A stretch of 48,751 nt of DNA, from the NCBI GenBank assembly GCA_016204535.1, contig JACQKL010000042.1, positions 1 to 48,751 on the forward strand. The letters are read 5' to 3'. The position numbers and the translations under genes are program-made. Positions 17,136-25,690 of the stretch are shown in pieces; the stretch's first letter is position 1; each line of letters opens with the position of its first letter. The notes under the pieces were generated by a model. That model was not told the DNA's origin. It did no database searches and saw only the letters and a program-made list of their open reading frames with translations. The DNA comes from Candidatus Levyibacteriota bacterium (GTDB lineage: Bacteria; Patescibacteriota; Microgenomatia; Levybacterales; UBA12049).

Positions 17136-17460
17136 GAAGATAATAAGCCAGATTCTGTTTTTACTACAATTTCTCTTAGCCCTCAAACATCGATGCTTCC
17201 GTAAAGAAGGTAACGTCCGCCTTGCGGCGAAACTTCGCATCATTCGGAGGTTGCAGCAGGTAGGATTGCCCGTTTCAGTCCCACTCGTTTCTGTTGCTCT
17301 CAAGTTTTGTCAATTCAAAACCTGCTTTTAATCTCGCATGTGGGTAAAAGATTAAAAGACCAGCTATCTCTAGTCGGAGCTTAAGCTCCATCCCCGTCTT
17401 TGCACCTGTCTGGACTTTCCTGTCCGATGTAACATCGGACTAGTAGTTCTTCTTCCTAGG
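17131..17460 (-). ncRNA. rnpB: RNase P RNA (bacterial, type A-like)
   Basis: Minus strand shows P1 CCTAGGAAGA/TCTTCCTAGG. P4 strands are ACAGGAAAGTCCAGAC (near 17425-17410) and ACAGAATCTGGCTTAT (near 17158-17143). P3 hairpin GTCCGATG-TTAC-CATCGGAC. GC is far above local background. Confidence 0.85.
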
Positions 17461-17466
17461 TAAAGT

Positions 17467-17495
17467 ATTATAACAAATTGCTCTAGACTTGGCAA
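17467..17495 (-). promoter_or_regulatory. rnpB promoter TTGCCA-17-(TGt)TATAAT
   Basis: Minus-strand TTGCCA (17495-17490), 17-nt spacer, TATAAT (17472-17467). The first P1 nucleotide (17460) is 7 nt after the hexamer. The promoter lies in the last codons of the helicase gene. Confidence 0.6.
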
Positions 17496-20410
17496 AGCAT
17501 CTTATATTCGCAATTCTGACAATATATCGAGTGACTGCAGGTAAAATCACTTTTTGAAATCTTAAGTGCTTTTTGCAAAAGTTCTTCTTTTGCCTTCTCC
17601 AATTGCGCAGCACTTCTTTTAGTGGTTAGTTTTATATCTTTTTCCAGGAAATAAAGCGATAAAGTGACATTCTCCGGTTTTCTGTTCAGGGGTTGGTCCA
17701 ACACATTCGTTGCCGCAAGAGCATAAATAGTAAGCTGCAAATTGTTGGAAAGTGAACTTACAGGTGGGATATTGTTTCCAGTCTTATAATCCATAATTTC
17801 AATAGTGTTATTATCGATTTTATTAATTCTGTCTATTCTTCCTCCAATTTTAAGTCCTCCGCTTAAACCTGCAGGATTTTTAAGAGAAAACATAAAAGGA
17901 AGCTCCAAAAAAAGAGGTAGATTATTTTTATCTAAATCTTTTTTCAGATAATTTTTAATAATTATTTTTGCCCTTTCCAATGCCTTTTGCGAATGAGTTT
18001 TGCTTTCGTATCCTTCGTTCACCCAATTTTTTTCTAAAATCAACATCGCATCTTCGATGGCAATCTTGTCTTGTTTTAATCTTTGGTAGAAATCCCGTAG
18101 CGTTGAGTGGATACTTGTTCCAAAGCTTTGAGCAGAAGTCATAAAAGTTGGAATTTTAAGAATGTATTTTAATTTATAATGCAAAGGGCACATATCAAAA
18201 GTTTGAATTTGAGAATAGGAAAGATAAGTTACAAAAGGAGGAGAGAAAATTTTGGAAGTTGAGAGCAAACCGTTTTTTTTATCGCTCCATTCCAGTAAAG
18301 AAAGCTGACTTACCGATTGAATATTTTTTTCTTTTTGAATTGCTTTTTCAACAGAGTCTTTCCCTAGTGACTCATAGACAAAGGGAGAAAGCTTACGCTC
18401 TCTTTTTCCTTCACCGTAATAATTTGCAGCAGTTAAAAACAGATAATCTTTTGCTCTGGTCAGTCCTACATAGAAAAGTCTTCTTTCTTCTTGGAGATGA
18501 TAATCTCCTGTTGGTAAAATTTCTTTTATAAATACTTTCGGAATTGGAATTTGTTCTTTGCGTTCACGGGTCGGGAAGCGTTCGGAAACAAGATTTACCA
18601 GAAAAACAATCGGGAACTCAAGTCCTTTACTTGAGTGAATTGTTAGGATATTTACGGCATTATTATCTGCCCAGTCAATATTGGAAGCAAGAGGACTTTC
18701 TCCCATTTGCATAGCAAGATCTATCCAATCGACAACCGCATACACGGATGCGTCATCATGTTCTGCTTCAAAATTTTTAAGTTTGTCAAAGAAAAGCGAT
18801 ATGTTTTGAGATTTTTTTTCCTGGGTTGTATTTTTGGAGGTCAAATATGCCTTAAGCATTCCGCTTTCTTCTAAAAAATAATACAAAATTTGTCCTCCTG
18901 TATCTTTTGAAATCCTTTGAATGTGTCTTTTGATCATCTTGACTAATTTTTTTATTTTTTCTTTAGCCTCATCTTTGATATATGTTTCGTCAATTTTTTC
19001 AAGCATCTCAAAAAGACTATAATTCTTTCTTTTAGCGGTATTTAAAATTGCAGAAATTTCGATTGCCTCAAGTTGAAAAATATCCATATTTAAAACTCTG
19101 TATAAAGATACAGAATCCCCAAAATTATAGATCACTTTGAGGTATGCAATTAAATCTTTGATTTCTTCCTGATGAAAAAGCCGTCCTGGTCCTAAAAACT
19201 GAAAAGGAATATTTTTTCTACTTAAAGCTCTGACAAAAGGTTGAGAATAATCGTTTGCCCGAATAAGAATTGCTACGTCTTTGTATTTATAATTTGATTT
19301 TTGTCTTGTTAGATCAATAATTTTTTTAGCAACCAGTTCCGCTTCATCTTCTACTCTTTTTGAAAACAAAAACCCAACTTCATTTCCCTTAATTTTTCTC
19401 ACCGCTTCTAATTTTTTGCTTATATTTTCTTTTGCTTCAAGTCGATCCGGATTATTATTCAGAATTAACTTATAGGAGGCATTAAGAATCTCTTGTGTCG
19501 ATCTGTAATTTTTGGTTAAAGTAACAATTTTATGTTTTGGGAAATATTTTTTAAATTGAATCATGTTGGAGATTGCAGCTCCTCGCCAACGATAAATTGC
19601 CTGGTCGTCGTCTCCGACAACTGTAAGATTTTTTGATTTTCCGGCAAGCAAAATTGCCAGCTGATTTTGCGCAAAGTTAGTATCCTGAAATTCATCGATC
19701 AAGATGTGCTTAAACTGGTTTTGATATTGGCTTAAAACATTTTTTCTTTCTCTAAATAATTTGAGAGTGTTTGAAATTAAATCGGAAAAATCCATAACTT
19801 CTTCTTTTATTTTCAATTCCTCATAAGTTTGGTATGCATTTGCAAGCTCGACAGTTTTTTCGATTTCTTCTTTTGGAGTTTCGTGTTTTGAGTTTCGTGT
19901 TTTGAGTTTCCGAGAATATCGAAGATACTCTTCGGTTGATATATCTTCATCTTTAAGCCGACTAAAATGCTGTAATAGTCCTTCCAAAAATTTATTTGGG
20001 TTACCTAACGGCCGAAAGTAATTAAGGTTGAATTTGAAAAGGTTTTTGCGAAGGAGTAGAATGGATTCTGCCTGCGTTAGCAGTTTATAGGAGGGGTTAA
20101 GTCCTATATGGATAGCTTCAGCTCGCAAAATTCTGTCGCAAAAAGCATGAAAAGTTGATATCCACATTTGGGTATATCCATACGGCATTGCCACGTCAAC
20201 ACGTTCTTCCATCTCATGGCTAGCTTTGTCTGTAAAAGTTAGGGCCAGGATTTGCGAAGGAGAAAAGTTCTTTTCAAGAATTAAATATTTTATTCGTTCT
20301 GTGATAACGGTTGTTTTTCCTGTTCCGGCTCCGGCAACAATCAGAAGAGGTCCTTTATCAAAAGAAATCGCTTCAAGCTGCTCTGAATTTAATATTTTTT
20401 CCTCTGCCAT
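17483..20410 (-). CDS. UvrD/PcrA-family helicase fused to a C-terminal PD-(D/E)XK (Cas4/AddB-like) Fe-S nuclease domain
   Basis: AGAGTGKT Walker A, DEFQDTN, VGDDDQAIYRWRGA, TIHSSKGLEF. C-terminus has FDMCPLHY plus C-x2-C-x5-C (YCQNCEYKMLC). Confidence 0.8.
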   Translation of the reverse strand: MAEEKILNSEQLEAISFDKGPLLIVAGAGTGKTTVITERIKYLILEKNFSPSQILALTFTDKASHEMEERVDVAMPYGYTQMWISTFHAFCDRILRAEAIHIGLNPSYKLLTQAESILLLRKNLFKFNLNYFRPLGNPNKFLEGLLQHFSRLKDEDISTEEYLRYSRKLKTRNSKHETPKEEIEKTVELANAYQTYEELKIKEEVMDFSDLISNTLKLFRERKNVLSQYQNQFKHILIDEFQDTNFAQNQLAILLAGKSKNLTVVGDDDQAIYRWRGAAISNMIQFKKYFPKHKIVTLTKNYRSTQEILNASYKLILNNNPDRLEAKENISKKLEAVRKIKGNEVGFLFSKRVEDEAELVAKKIIDLTRQKSNYKYKDVAILIRANDYSQPFVRALSRKNIPFQFLGPGRLFHQEEIKDLIAYLKVIYNFGDSVSLYRVLNMDIFQLEAIEISAILNTAKRKNYSLFEMLEKIDETYIKDEAKEKIKKLVKMIKRHIQRISKDTGGQILYYFLEESGMLKAYLTSKNTTQEKKSQNISLFFDKLKNFEAEHDDASVYAVVDWIDLAMQMGESPLASNIDWADNNAVNILTIHSSKGLEFPIVFLVNLVSERFPTRERKEQIPIPKVFIKEILPTGDYHLQEERRLFYVGLTRAKDYLFLTAANYYGEGKRERKLSPFVYESLGKDSVEKAIQKEKNIQSVSQLSLLEWSDKKNGLLSTSKIFSPPFVTYLSYSQIQTFDMCPLHYKLKYILKIPTFMTSAQSFGTSIHSTLRDFYQRLKQDKIAIEDAMLILEKNWVNEGYESKTHSQKALERAKIIIKNYLKKDLDKNNLPLFLELPFMFSLKNPAGLSGGLKIGGRIDRINKIDNNTIEIMDYKTGNNIPPVSSLSNNLQLTIYALAATNVLDQPLNRKPENVTLSLYFLEKDIKLTTKRSAAQLEKAKEELLQKALKISKSDFTCSHSIYCQNCEYKMLCQV
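19876..19910. repeat. heptanucleotide-periodic micro-array (GAGTTTCGTGTTTT x2.5) inside the helicase gene
   Basis: A perfect 14-mer at 19876-19889 is repeated at 19890-19903, followed by GAGTTTC. Encodes KLKTRNSKHETP. Confidence 0.85.
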
Positions 20411-20427
20411 GAGGCTATTTTACCACA

Positions 20428-20838
20428 TTATGGAGTTACGATTATTGTTCCCTTTTGGCTTGGATTCAGATGGTTATGGTAGTTATACGCGCCTTCTTTA
20501 TCGAAAACCAATTCTACAGATGATTGATCGTTAAATTGTCCTAAGTTAAGGGGTGGATAAATAAGGTGTGTCGGATGTTCATCTGAATTTACGGTAACAT
20601 CATCTGCTCCGCTTTTGTTAGTCCAAACCACTTTTGTTCCGACTTTGACTGTTTGGCTTTGCGGTTCAAAACCGGCTGGACCAACCGTAACGGTTGCAGT
20701 TGTCATACTTTGAGTTTGAGGTAATTGAGTCGGGTTAATAATTGATTCTCCCGAAGAGGCATTTTTTGGGTTTTCCTTGAAAACAAATACTCCAGCTACG
20801 ACTAAGATAATAACGACTGCAATTAAAAGTATTTTCAC
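20428..20838 (-). CDS. membrane-anchored cupredoxin-like domain protein
   Basis: N-terminal TM helix. C-terminal VKVGTKVVWTNKS...HPTH...YNYHNHLNPSQKGTIIV resembles cupredoxin/plastocyanin-like folds. GTG start. Confidence 0.45.
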   Translation of the reverse strand: MKILLIAVVIILVVAGVFVFKENPKNASSGESIINPTQLPQTQSMTTATVTVGPAGFEPQSQTVKVGTKVVWTNKSGADDVTVNSDEHPTHLIYPPLNLGQFNDQSSVELVFDKEGAYNYHNHLNPSQKGTIIVTP

Positions 20839-20891
20839 ACTCTTATTTTAATAAACATCATTAGAATAAATCTGTAACGCAACTTACAATT

Positions 20892-21899
20892 TCAAGATTT
20901 TTCTTTTTCAGGTTCGTCAATACTTTTGGTTGAATTAATCTTTTGACCTATTTGGGTAAAACCCATATTTACATTAGCAAATTGAGATGATGCATTATTA
21001 ATGTGCTTTCCCAAAACCAGCATATTTTCTTCTACTTTATGAAAATCTACTTGCAAAGCCCGAAGCATTTTAAAAAGATCTTTGGATCTGGTTTCAATTT
21101 TTTTACCCTCAAAAGACAATAGAATTGTTTGCAGATGCGCGTAGAGAGTACTTGGTGAAACGCAATAAACTCTTGACCGCCTGGCAAATTCCATCACGTC
21201 TAACATATTCACTAATTCATAATATACAGATTCGCTTGGAACATACATTAGGGCAAAATCCATTGTCCCTTCCTCTGGCAATATGTATTTTTTAGCAATA
21301 TCAGCAATATGACGCTTGATATCTTTAGCAAACTCTTTTTGTAAGGCGGCATGTTCACTGCTTTGCGCGTCAACTTTAATTAAGCGCTCAAAATTTTCCA
21401 TGGGAAATTTGGAATCAATTGGCAAAATTCCCGCATCGGTTTGGATCGCCGCATCGACTCTTTCTCCTGTTTTAAATTGATATTGCAAATGGAAACTATT
21501 TTTAGGGAACATTTGAGAAATTAGATCTTTCAACACCTGTTCGCCAATATTACCGCGCAGTTTCGGACTTTTTAAGAAGCTTTGCAGTTCTTTCATGCTT
21601 CTGCCGATTTCACTCATTTGTCCGACTTCATGGCCTACATCTTTAATAACCATTGCTGCCCGATCCAAACGCTCGTTAAGCTCTTTAGAATTTTCCTGTA
21701 AAGTTTTTACCATGTTAGTAGAAGAAAGATGAAGTGAAGCTTCCATACTTTTTAACCATTCAAGAAGTGTAGTATCCGCTTTATTGTTCTGAAGGTTTGA
21801 AATTTTCTTGCCGAAGTAATAAGCAGTGATTAAAAATCCCAGAATAATTATTGCCCCAATTCCTAAAAGCTGTATATCCATACTTTTACATTGTAACAT
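20892..21899 (-). CDS. rmuC: DNA recombination protein RmuC
   Basis: N-terminal TM/coiled coil and C-terminal PIDSKFPMENF...FALMYVPSESVYYE...VSPSTLYA, typical of RmuC. Alternative start at ATG 21881. Confidence 0.75.
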   Translation of the reverse strand: MLQCKSMDIQLLGIGAIIILGFLITAYYFGKKISNLQNNKADTTLLEWLKSMEASLHLSSTNMVKTLQENSKELNERLDRAAMVIKDVGHEVGQMSEIGRSMKELQSFLKSPKLRGNIGEQVLKDLISQMFPKNSFHLQYQFKTGERVDAAIQTDAGILPIDSKFPMENFERLIKVDAQSSEHAALQKEFAKDIKRHIADIAKKYILPEEGTMDFALMYVPSESVYYELVNMLDVMEFARRSRVYCVSPSTLYAHLQTILLSFEGKKIETRSKDLFKMLRALQVDFHKVEENMLVLGKHINNASSQFANVNMGFTQIGQKINSTKSIDEPEKEKS

Positions 21900-21914
21900 G
21901 AGAGCACAAGAAGT

Positions 21915-22778
21915 CTATTTTATATATTTTGATAAAAAGTCCAATATTTTCTTTTGAAATTCTTGTGGATTGTCTTTAAATATCCGGTGCGTTGTATTGG
22001 TTTCCCAATATTCTTTTGGATTATTGGCTTTATCATATAAGCGCTTTGCGTCTTTTGAATCTACCATTTGGTCGTTCTTAGCACAGGTAATAAATATTGG
22101 AACGTTAATTTTTTTGATTAAATTAATTGCGGCATAATTATTATAGTTAAAACCAAATTCAAATAAGGCGATAATTTTAAGGATTGGTGAGAATATAAAA
22201 GTGGGAAGCCTCCTTTGCCTTGCTTGAAAAGCGAAAAGACTCTCAAAACTTGCGTATGGGGCTGAGGCAATTATGAAATCTCCTTTTCCTGTTATGCCTT
22301 TTGTGATAATAGAGGTTACTCCTCCCATGGAGATTCCTAAGAAGCCGATTTTTTTATCTTTATTTTCAGGAAGCCGTTTTGCATAGTCGTAAGCTGCCTC
22401 TACATCTCTCCATTCGTTAACACCAAATGTTATTTTGTTTCCTTCACTTTCCCCAAAAGACCGTAAGTCAATTAAAATACAGGAGTATCCGGCTTTTTTT
22501 AAATATTCCGCATGTCCAAGCATGCGAATTTTTTCTTCGTCAGTCTGTTTATACCCATCAACTAAAATGACAACCGCTTTGGGGTTTTTTACAGGTATGT
22601 ACCAGGCAGCAATTTTTAAGCCATCTGAAGTCTTGAGATATTTTTTGATTGATTTTAGATCTTTACTTTTTTTAGGATTTATCAGAGAGACATGTAAATT
22701 AGTCTTGCGGCTAAACTCATACCAGCTATATATAAAAATTCCAGAAACAATAATAATCAACAAGAATATTATCTGCAT
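21915..22778 (-). CDS. membrane-anchored alpha/beta hydrolase
   Basis: N-terminal TM helix, nucleophile elbow GISMGG, C-terminal D...H candidates. Confidence 0.65.
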   Translation of the reverse strand: MQIIFLLIIIVSGIFIYSWYEFSRKTNLHVSLINPKKSKDLKSIKKYLKTSDGLKIAAWYIPVKNPKAVVILVDGYKQTDEEKIRMLGHAEYLKKAGYSCILIDLRSFGESEGNKITFGVNEWRDVEAAYDYAKRLPENKDKKIGFLGISMGGVTSIITKGITGKGDFIIASAPYASFESLFAFQARQRRLPTFIFSPILKIIALFEFGFNYNNYAAINLIKKINVPIFITCAKNDQMVDSKDAKRLYDKANNPKEYWETNTTHRIFKDNPQEFQKKILDFLSKYIK

Positions 22779-22779
22779 T

Positions 22780-23613
22780 TTACTTTTGGGCTAGGAAATT
22801 TAGTAGCAAGTTGCCTGTTTTGTCGCCAGGGTGTAGGCGATACAATGCGAATCTATTGTCCATATTAACCTCTAAACCATGTAAGGTTGTTGTTGCGGAT
22901 CTGTACCCTGCTTCTTGAATAAGTTTTTCTATAGTTTTGTCAAAACTTCCATCAGGATAAGCAAAAGAGACAACGGGAGTATCTATTAGTCTTTCCAATG
23001 TTTTTTTGCTTTCTTCAATTTCAGATTTTGCCAACTCAGAATTTAATCCCTTCAACGCCAAGTGATGGACAGTATGTGCGCCAATTTCCACCAACCCGCT
23101 TTTTGCAATCTCTTTAAGTTGTAGAGTCGATAGATAATTTGACATATCTAAAAAGCCGGAGACTACATAAACGACCGCTTTTACATTGTATCTTCTAAGA
23201 ATGGGAAATGCATCCGTATAGAAGTCTTGATAGCCGTCGTCAAAGGTTAAAAGAACAGGTTTTTTTGGGGGTCTTATTTTTCCCTCAAGAATATCGATTA
23301 AATCGGAGGCCGTGATAAATGTATAACCGGCATTTCTTAGAGTTTCAACTTGATTTGTAAATAAATAGGGATTTGTATTTAAAGATTTTCGAATGGTGTC
23401 TTTTTCGTCCTTAACATATTCAATATAATGGTATATTAAAATGGGTACAGCGAGGGATTTTAGGGGAGTAAAAACAGGAGTAGAAATGGTTGGTTCAAGT
23501 GCCGCCTTGGCAGCATTAGATACAGACTTACCATAATGATTTAAGTTTTCTATTAAAATAATTGATAAAAACAAAACACTTAACAGAATAATTCTTCTTT
23601 TGATAAGCTTCAT
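22780..23613 (-). CDS. polysaccharide deacetylase (NodB homology domain)
   Basis: LLTFDDGYQDFY, GAHTVHH, FAYPDGS motifs. N-terminal signal/anchor. Confidence 0.8.
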   Translation of the reverse strand: MKLIKRRIILLSVLFLSIILIENLNHYGKSVSNAAKAALEPTISTPVFTPLKSLAVPILIYHYIEYVKDEKDTIRKSLNTNPYLFTNQVETLRNAGYTFITASDLIDILEGKIRPPKKPVLLTFDDGYQDFYTDAFPILRRYNVKAVVYVVSGFLDMSNYLSTLQLKEIAKSGLVEIGAHTVHHLALKGLNSELAKSEIEESKKTLERLIDTPVVSFAYPDGSFDKTIEKLIQEAGYRSATTTLHGLEVNMDNRFALYRLHPGDKTGNLLLNFLAQK

Positions 23614-23625
23614 AAATGAATGTAA

Positions 23626-24729
23626 TTATATCAAATTATCAAAATACAGCTCTGGATTGGCGGTAATTGTTTTTGGGTCTTGGGGTTTATAATTGAATGC
23701 GGCATAAGCTCCAATCATTGCCGCATTGTCGGTACACAAGTTTTTTGCGGGAGCAAAAAACTGAATTTTTAATTTTGAATTTTTAATTTTGAATTCAAAT
23801 TGCTTACGCAATTTATTGTTAGCTGCTACACCGCCGCCAAGAAGAATGGATTTTGCTTTATATTGCTTGGTAGCTTTCAACGTCTTTTTTACCAAGACTT
23901 CAATTATTGATTTTTGGACAGAGGCGCAAATATCGGCAGTTACTCGGGGTCCTGTCAAAAATCTTACTTTGTTTAATTTATTAACCTCTCTCCAAACAGC
24001 TGCTTTGAGTCCTGAAAAAGAGAAATCAAAATCTTTTGATCCAAACATTGGGCGGGGGAACGTAAAGCGATTAACATCGCCACGTTCTGAAAGTTTTTCT
24101 ATGGCAGGACCTCCAGGATAAGGCAAGTTTAAAAGTCTTCCTATTTTGTCAAATGCTTCTCCTGCTGCGTCATCCCGTGTTCCGCCAAGCCACTCAAAAT
24201 CATTATGTTTTTTCATAAGCACCAAATCTGTATGGCCACCTGATACTATTAGACTGATAGCAGGGAATAGTATATTTGCCATTTGCCATTTACCATTTAC
24301 CATTACGCTAATGAAGTTGGCGTAGATGTGGCCTAATAAATGATTTATGGGAATTACAGGTTTTCTCCAAAGATAAGCCAAGGTTTTGGCGGTCTCAACG
24401 CCTACCAAAAGAGAACCGATCAGTCCCGGACCAACAGTTACCGCAATAGCATCAATGTCTGGACGATAGAGGGTAGAAGATTGAAAATTGATATTTGAAG
24501 CTTGAGGATAGAGGTTAGATTCGATTAAAGCTTGTTTGATAACTGGAATAATATATTTTACTTGTTCTCTCGCTGCTACTTCCGGAATAATTCCGCCTGT
24601 TTTGGAATGTAGTTCCAATGAAGAAGAAACCACATTTGATAATAGTTTTACTTTTTTGTCTTTAGGGCTTGCTTCTATAATTGCAGCGGAGGTTTCATCA
24701 CAACTTGTTTCAATCGCTAAGATTTTCAT
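23626..24729 (-). CDS. tsaD: tRNA N6-adenosine threonylcarbamoyltransferase TsaD
   Basis: MKILAIETSCDETS, GPGLIGSLLVG, NHLLGHIYA, VSGGHT, GGVAANNKLR. Confidence 0.9.
   Translation of the reverse strand: MKILAIETSCDETSAAIIEASPKDKKVKLLSNVVSSSLELHSKTGGIIPEVAAREQVKYIIPVIKQALIESNLYPQASNINFQSSTLYRPDIDAIAVTVGPGLIGSLLVGVETAKTLAYLWRKPVIPINHLLGHIYANFISVMVNGKWQMANILFPAISLIVSGGHTDLVLMKKHNDFEWLGGTRDDAAGEAFDKIGRLLNLPYPGGPAIEKLSERGDVNRFTFPRPMFGSKDFDFSFSGLKAAVWREVNKLNKVRFLTGPRVTADICASVQKSIIEVLVKKTLKATKQYKAKSILLGGGVAANNKLRKQFEFKIKNSKLKIQFFAPAKNLCTDNAAMIGAYAAFNYKPQDPKTITANPELYFDNLI
23763..23795. repeat. heptanucleotide-periodic micro-array (GAATTTTTAATTTT x2.4) inside tsaD
   Basis: A perfect 14-mer at 23763-23776 is repeated at 23777-23790, followed by GAATT. 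Encodes FKIKNSKLKIQ. Confidence 0.85.
24274..24304. repeat. heptanucleotide array (ATTTGCC x2, ATTTACC x2, ATT) inside tsaD
   Basis: Copies at 24274-80, 24281-87, 24288-94 and 24295-24301. Encodes MVNGKWQMAN in the variable loop between the HxxGH motif and VSGGHT. Confidence 0.85.
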
Positions 24730-25189
24730 ATTTTACCTTATCACCATTTTTAAATTTGTATTTTTCGGAAAGACCGGCCTGAATCTCTAAAACCTTGTCG
24801 GAAGGTTCTGTTGGAGTATATATCGTTAAATTCCCAGAAGAATTTGTGGGAGGTTTAATGTTGTTGTAGATTGTAACAATTTCTTGATTAGCAATATAGA
24901 TCATGTCGATTGGAATTTTCATATTCCTCATCCAAAAAGAATAATAGTCGGGCTTTTCGAACGTAAAAAGCATACCTTCATTTTCGGGCAACAACTTGGT
25001 TTCAGAAAGGCCGATTTCTTTTTCTTTTGGCGAATCTGCAATGCGTAGTTTAAAAGTATGATCGTTTATAGTTATAAGGGGGCTGTTATTGGAGGGAAAA
25101 AGATTATTGGTTTTTAAATAATTTTGCGTCATAACCATTCCGAAAGCCAGAATAAGAAATAGTGCAAATATTAAAAGTACTTTTTTCAT
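24710..25189 (-). CDS. DUF192 family protein, membrane-anchored
   Basis: GLSETKLLPENEGMLFTF...FWMRNMKIPIDMIY...VLEIQAG, typical of DUF192. 20-nt overlap with the tsaD start. Confidence 0.65.
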   Translation of the reverse strand: MKKVLLIFALFLILAFGMVMTQNYLKTNNLFPSNNSPLITINDHTFKLRIADSPKEKEIGLSETKLLPENEGMLFTFEKPDYYSFWMRNMKIPIDMIYIANQEIVTIYNNIKPPTNSSGNLTIYTPTEPSDKVLEIQAGLSEKYKFKNGDKVKYENLSD

Positions 25190-25683
25190 ACGCTTGACTT
25201 AGTTAATTTGTCTTGTGATTTTATCAATTGAGTCGTTGAATAGTTACCAATTCTGGAAATGACAGAAACAACTTTTCCCTTTATCAATTTTGCCTGTCTT
25301 TTTTTATGATCTATATACGGGTCAGGATTTGTTGTTGCCAATATGTTTGGCGCTAATTGGAGTACGATTCTATCATATTGGTAGTTATTTGTCATGTTTT
25401 TTAACAAAACTATATAATCAACGCTTCTAATGGCGGATAAAATTATTGCCCTATTTTTTTGAGTGTTTATTGGCCTTTTTGGACCTTTTACACGCGCCCT
25501 ATTATCATCTTCCAATAATACAAAAAGATAATCACCTTCTCTTTTGGCATTTTCTAAAAATTTAATATGTCCGGGGTGTAAAATATCAAAAATCCCTCCA
25601 GCTAAAACGATTATCTTATTCTGATTTTTTAATTCTTTACTAACTTTTATTGCCTGTTTAATGCTTAAAATCTTATTCCTCAT
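25186..25683 (-). CDS. cytidylyltransferase-family nucleotidyltransferase (RfaE domain II / TagD / RibL-like)
   Basis: VLAGGIFDILHPGHIKFLE (HxGH nucleotidyltransferase motif), 165 aa. Substrate not assignable. Confidence 0.6.
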   Translation of the reverse strand: MRNKILSIKQAIKVSKELKNQNKIIVLAGGIFDILHPGHIKFLENAKREGDYLFVLLEDDNRARVKGPKRPINTQKNRAIILSAIRSVDYIVLLKNMTNNYQYDRIVLQLAPNILATTNPDPYIDHKKRQAKLIKGKVVSVISRIGNYSTTQLIKSQDKLTKSSV

Positions 25684-25690
25684 AAATTTC

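Noticed and set aside
17103-17303. 66-aa minus-strand ORF
   Set aside because: It lies within the RNase P RNA gene. The high GC and open frame are by-products of the structured RNA.
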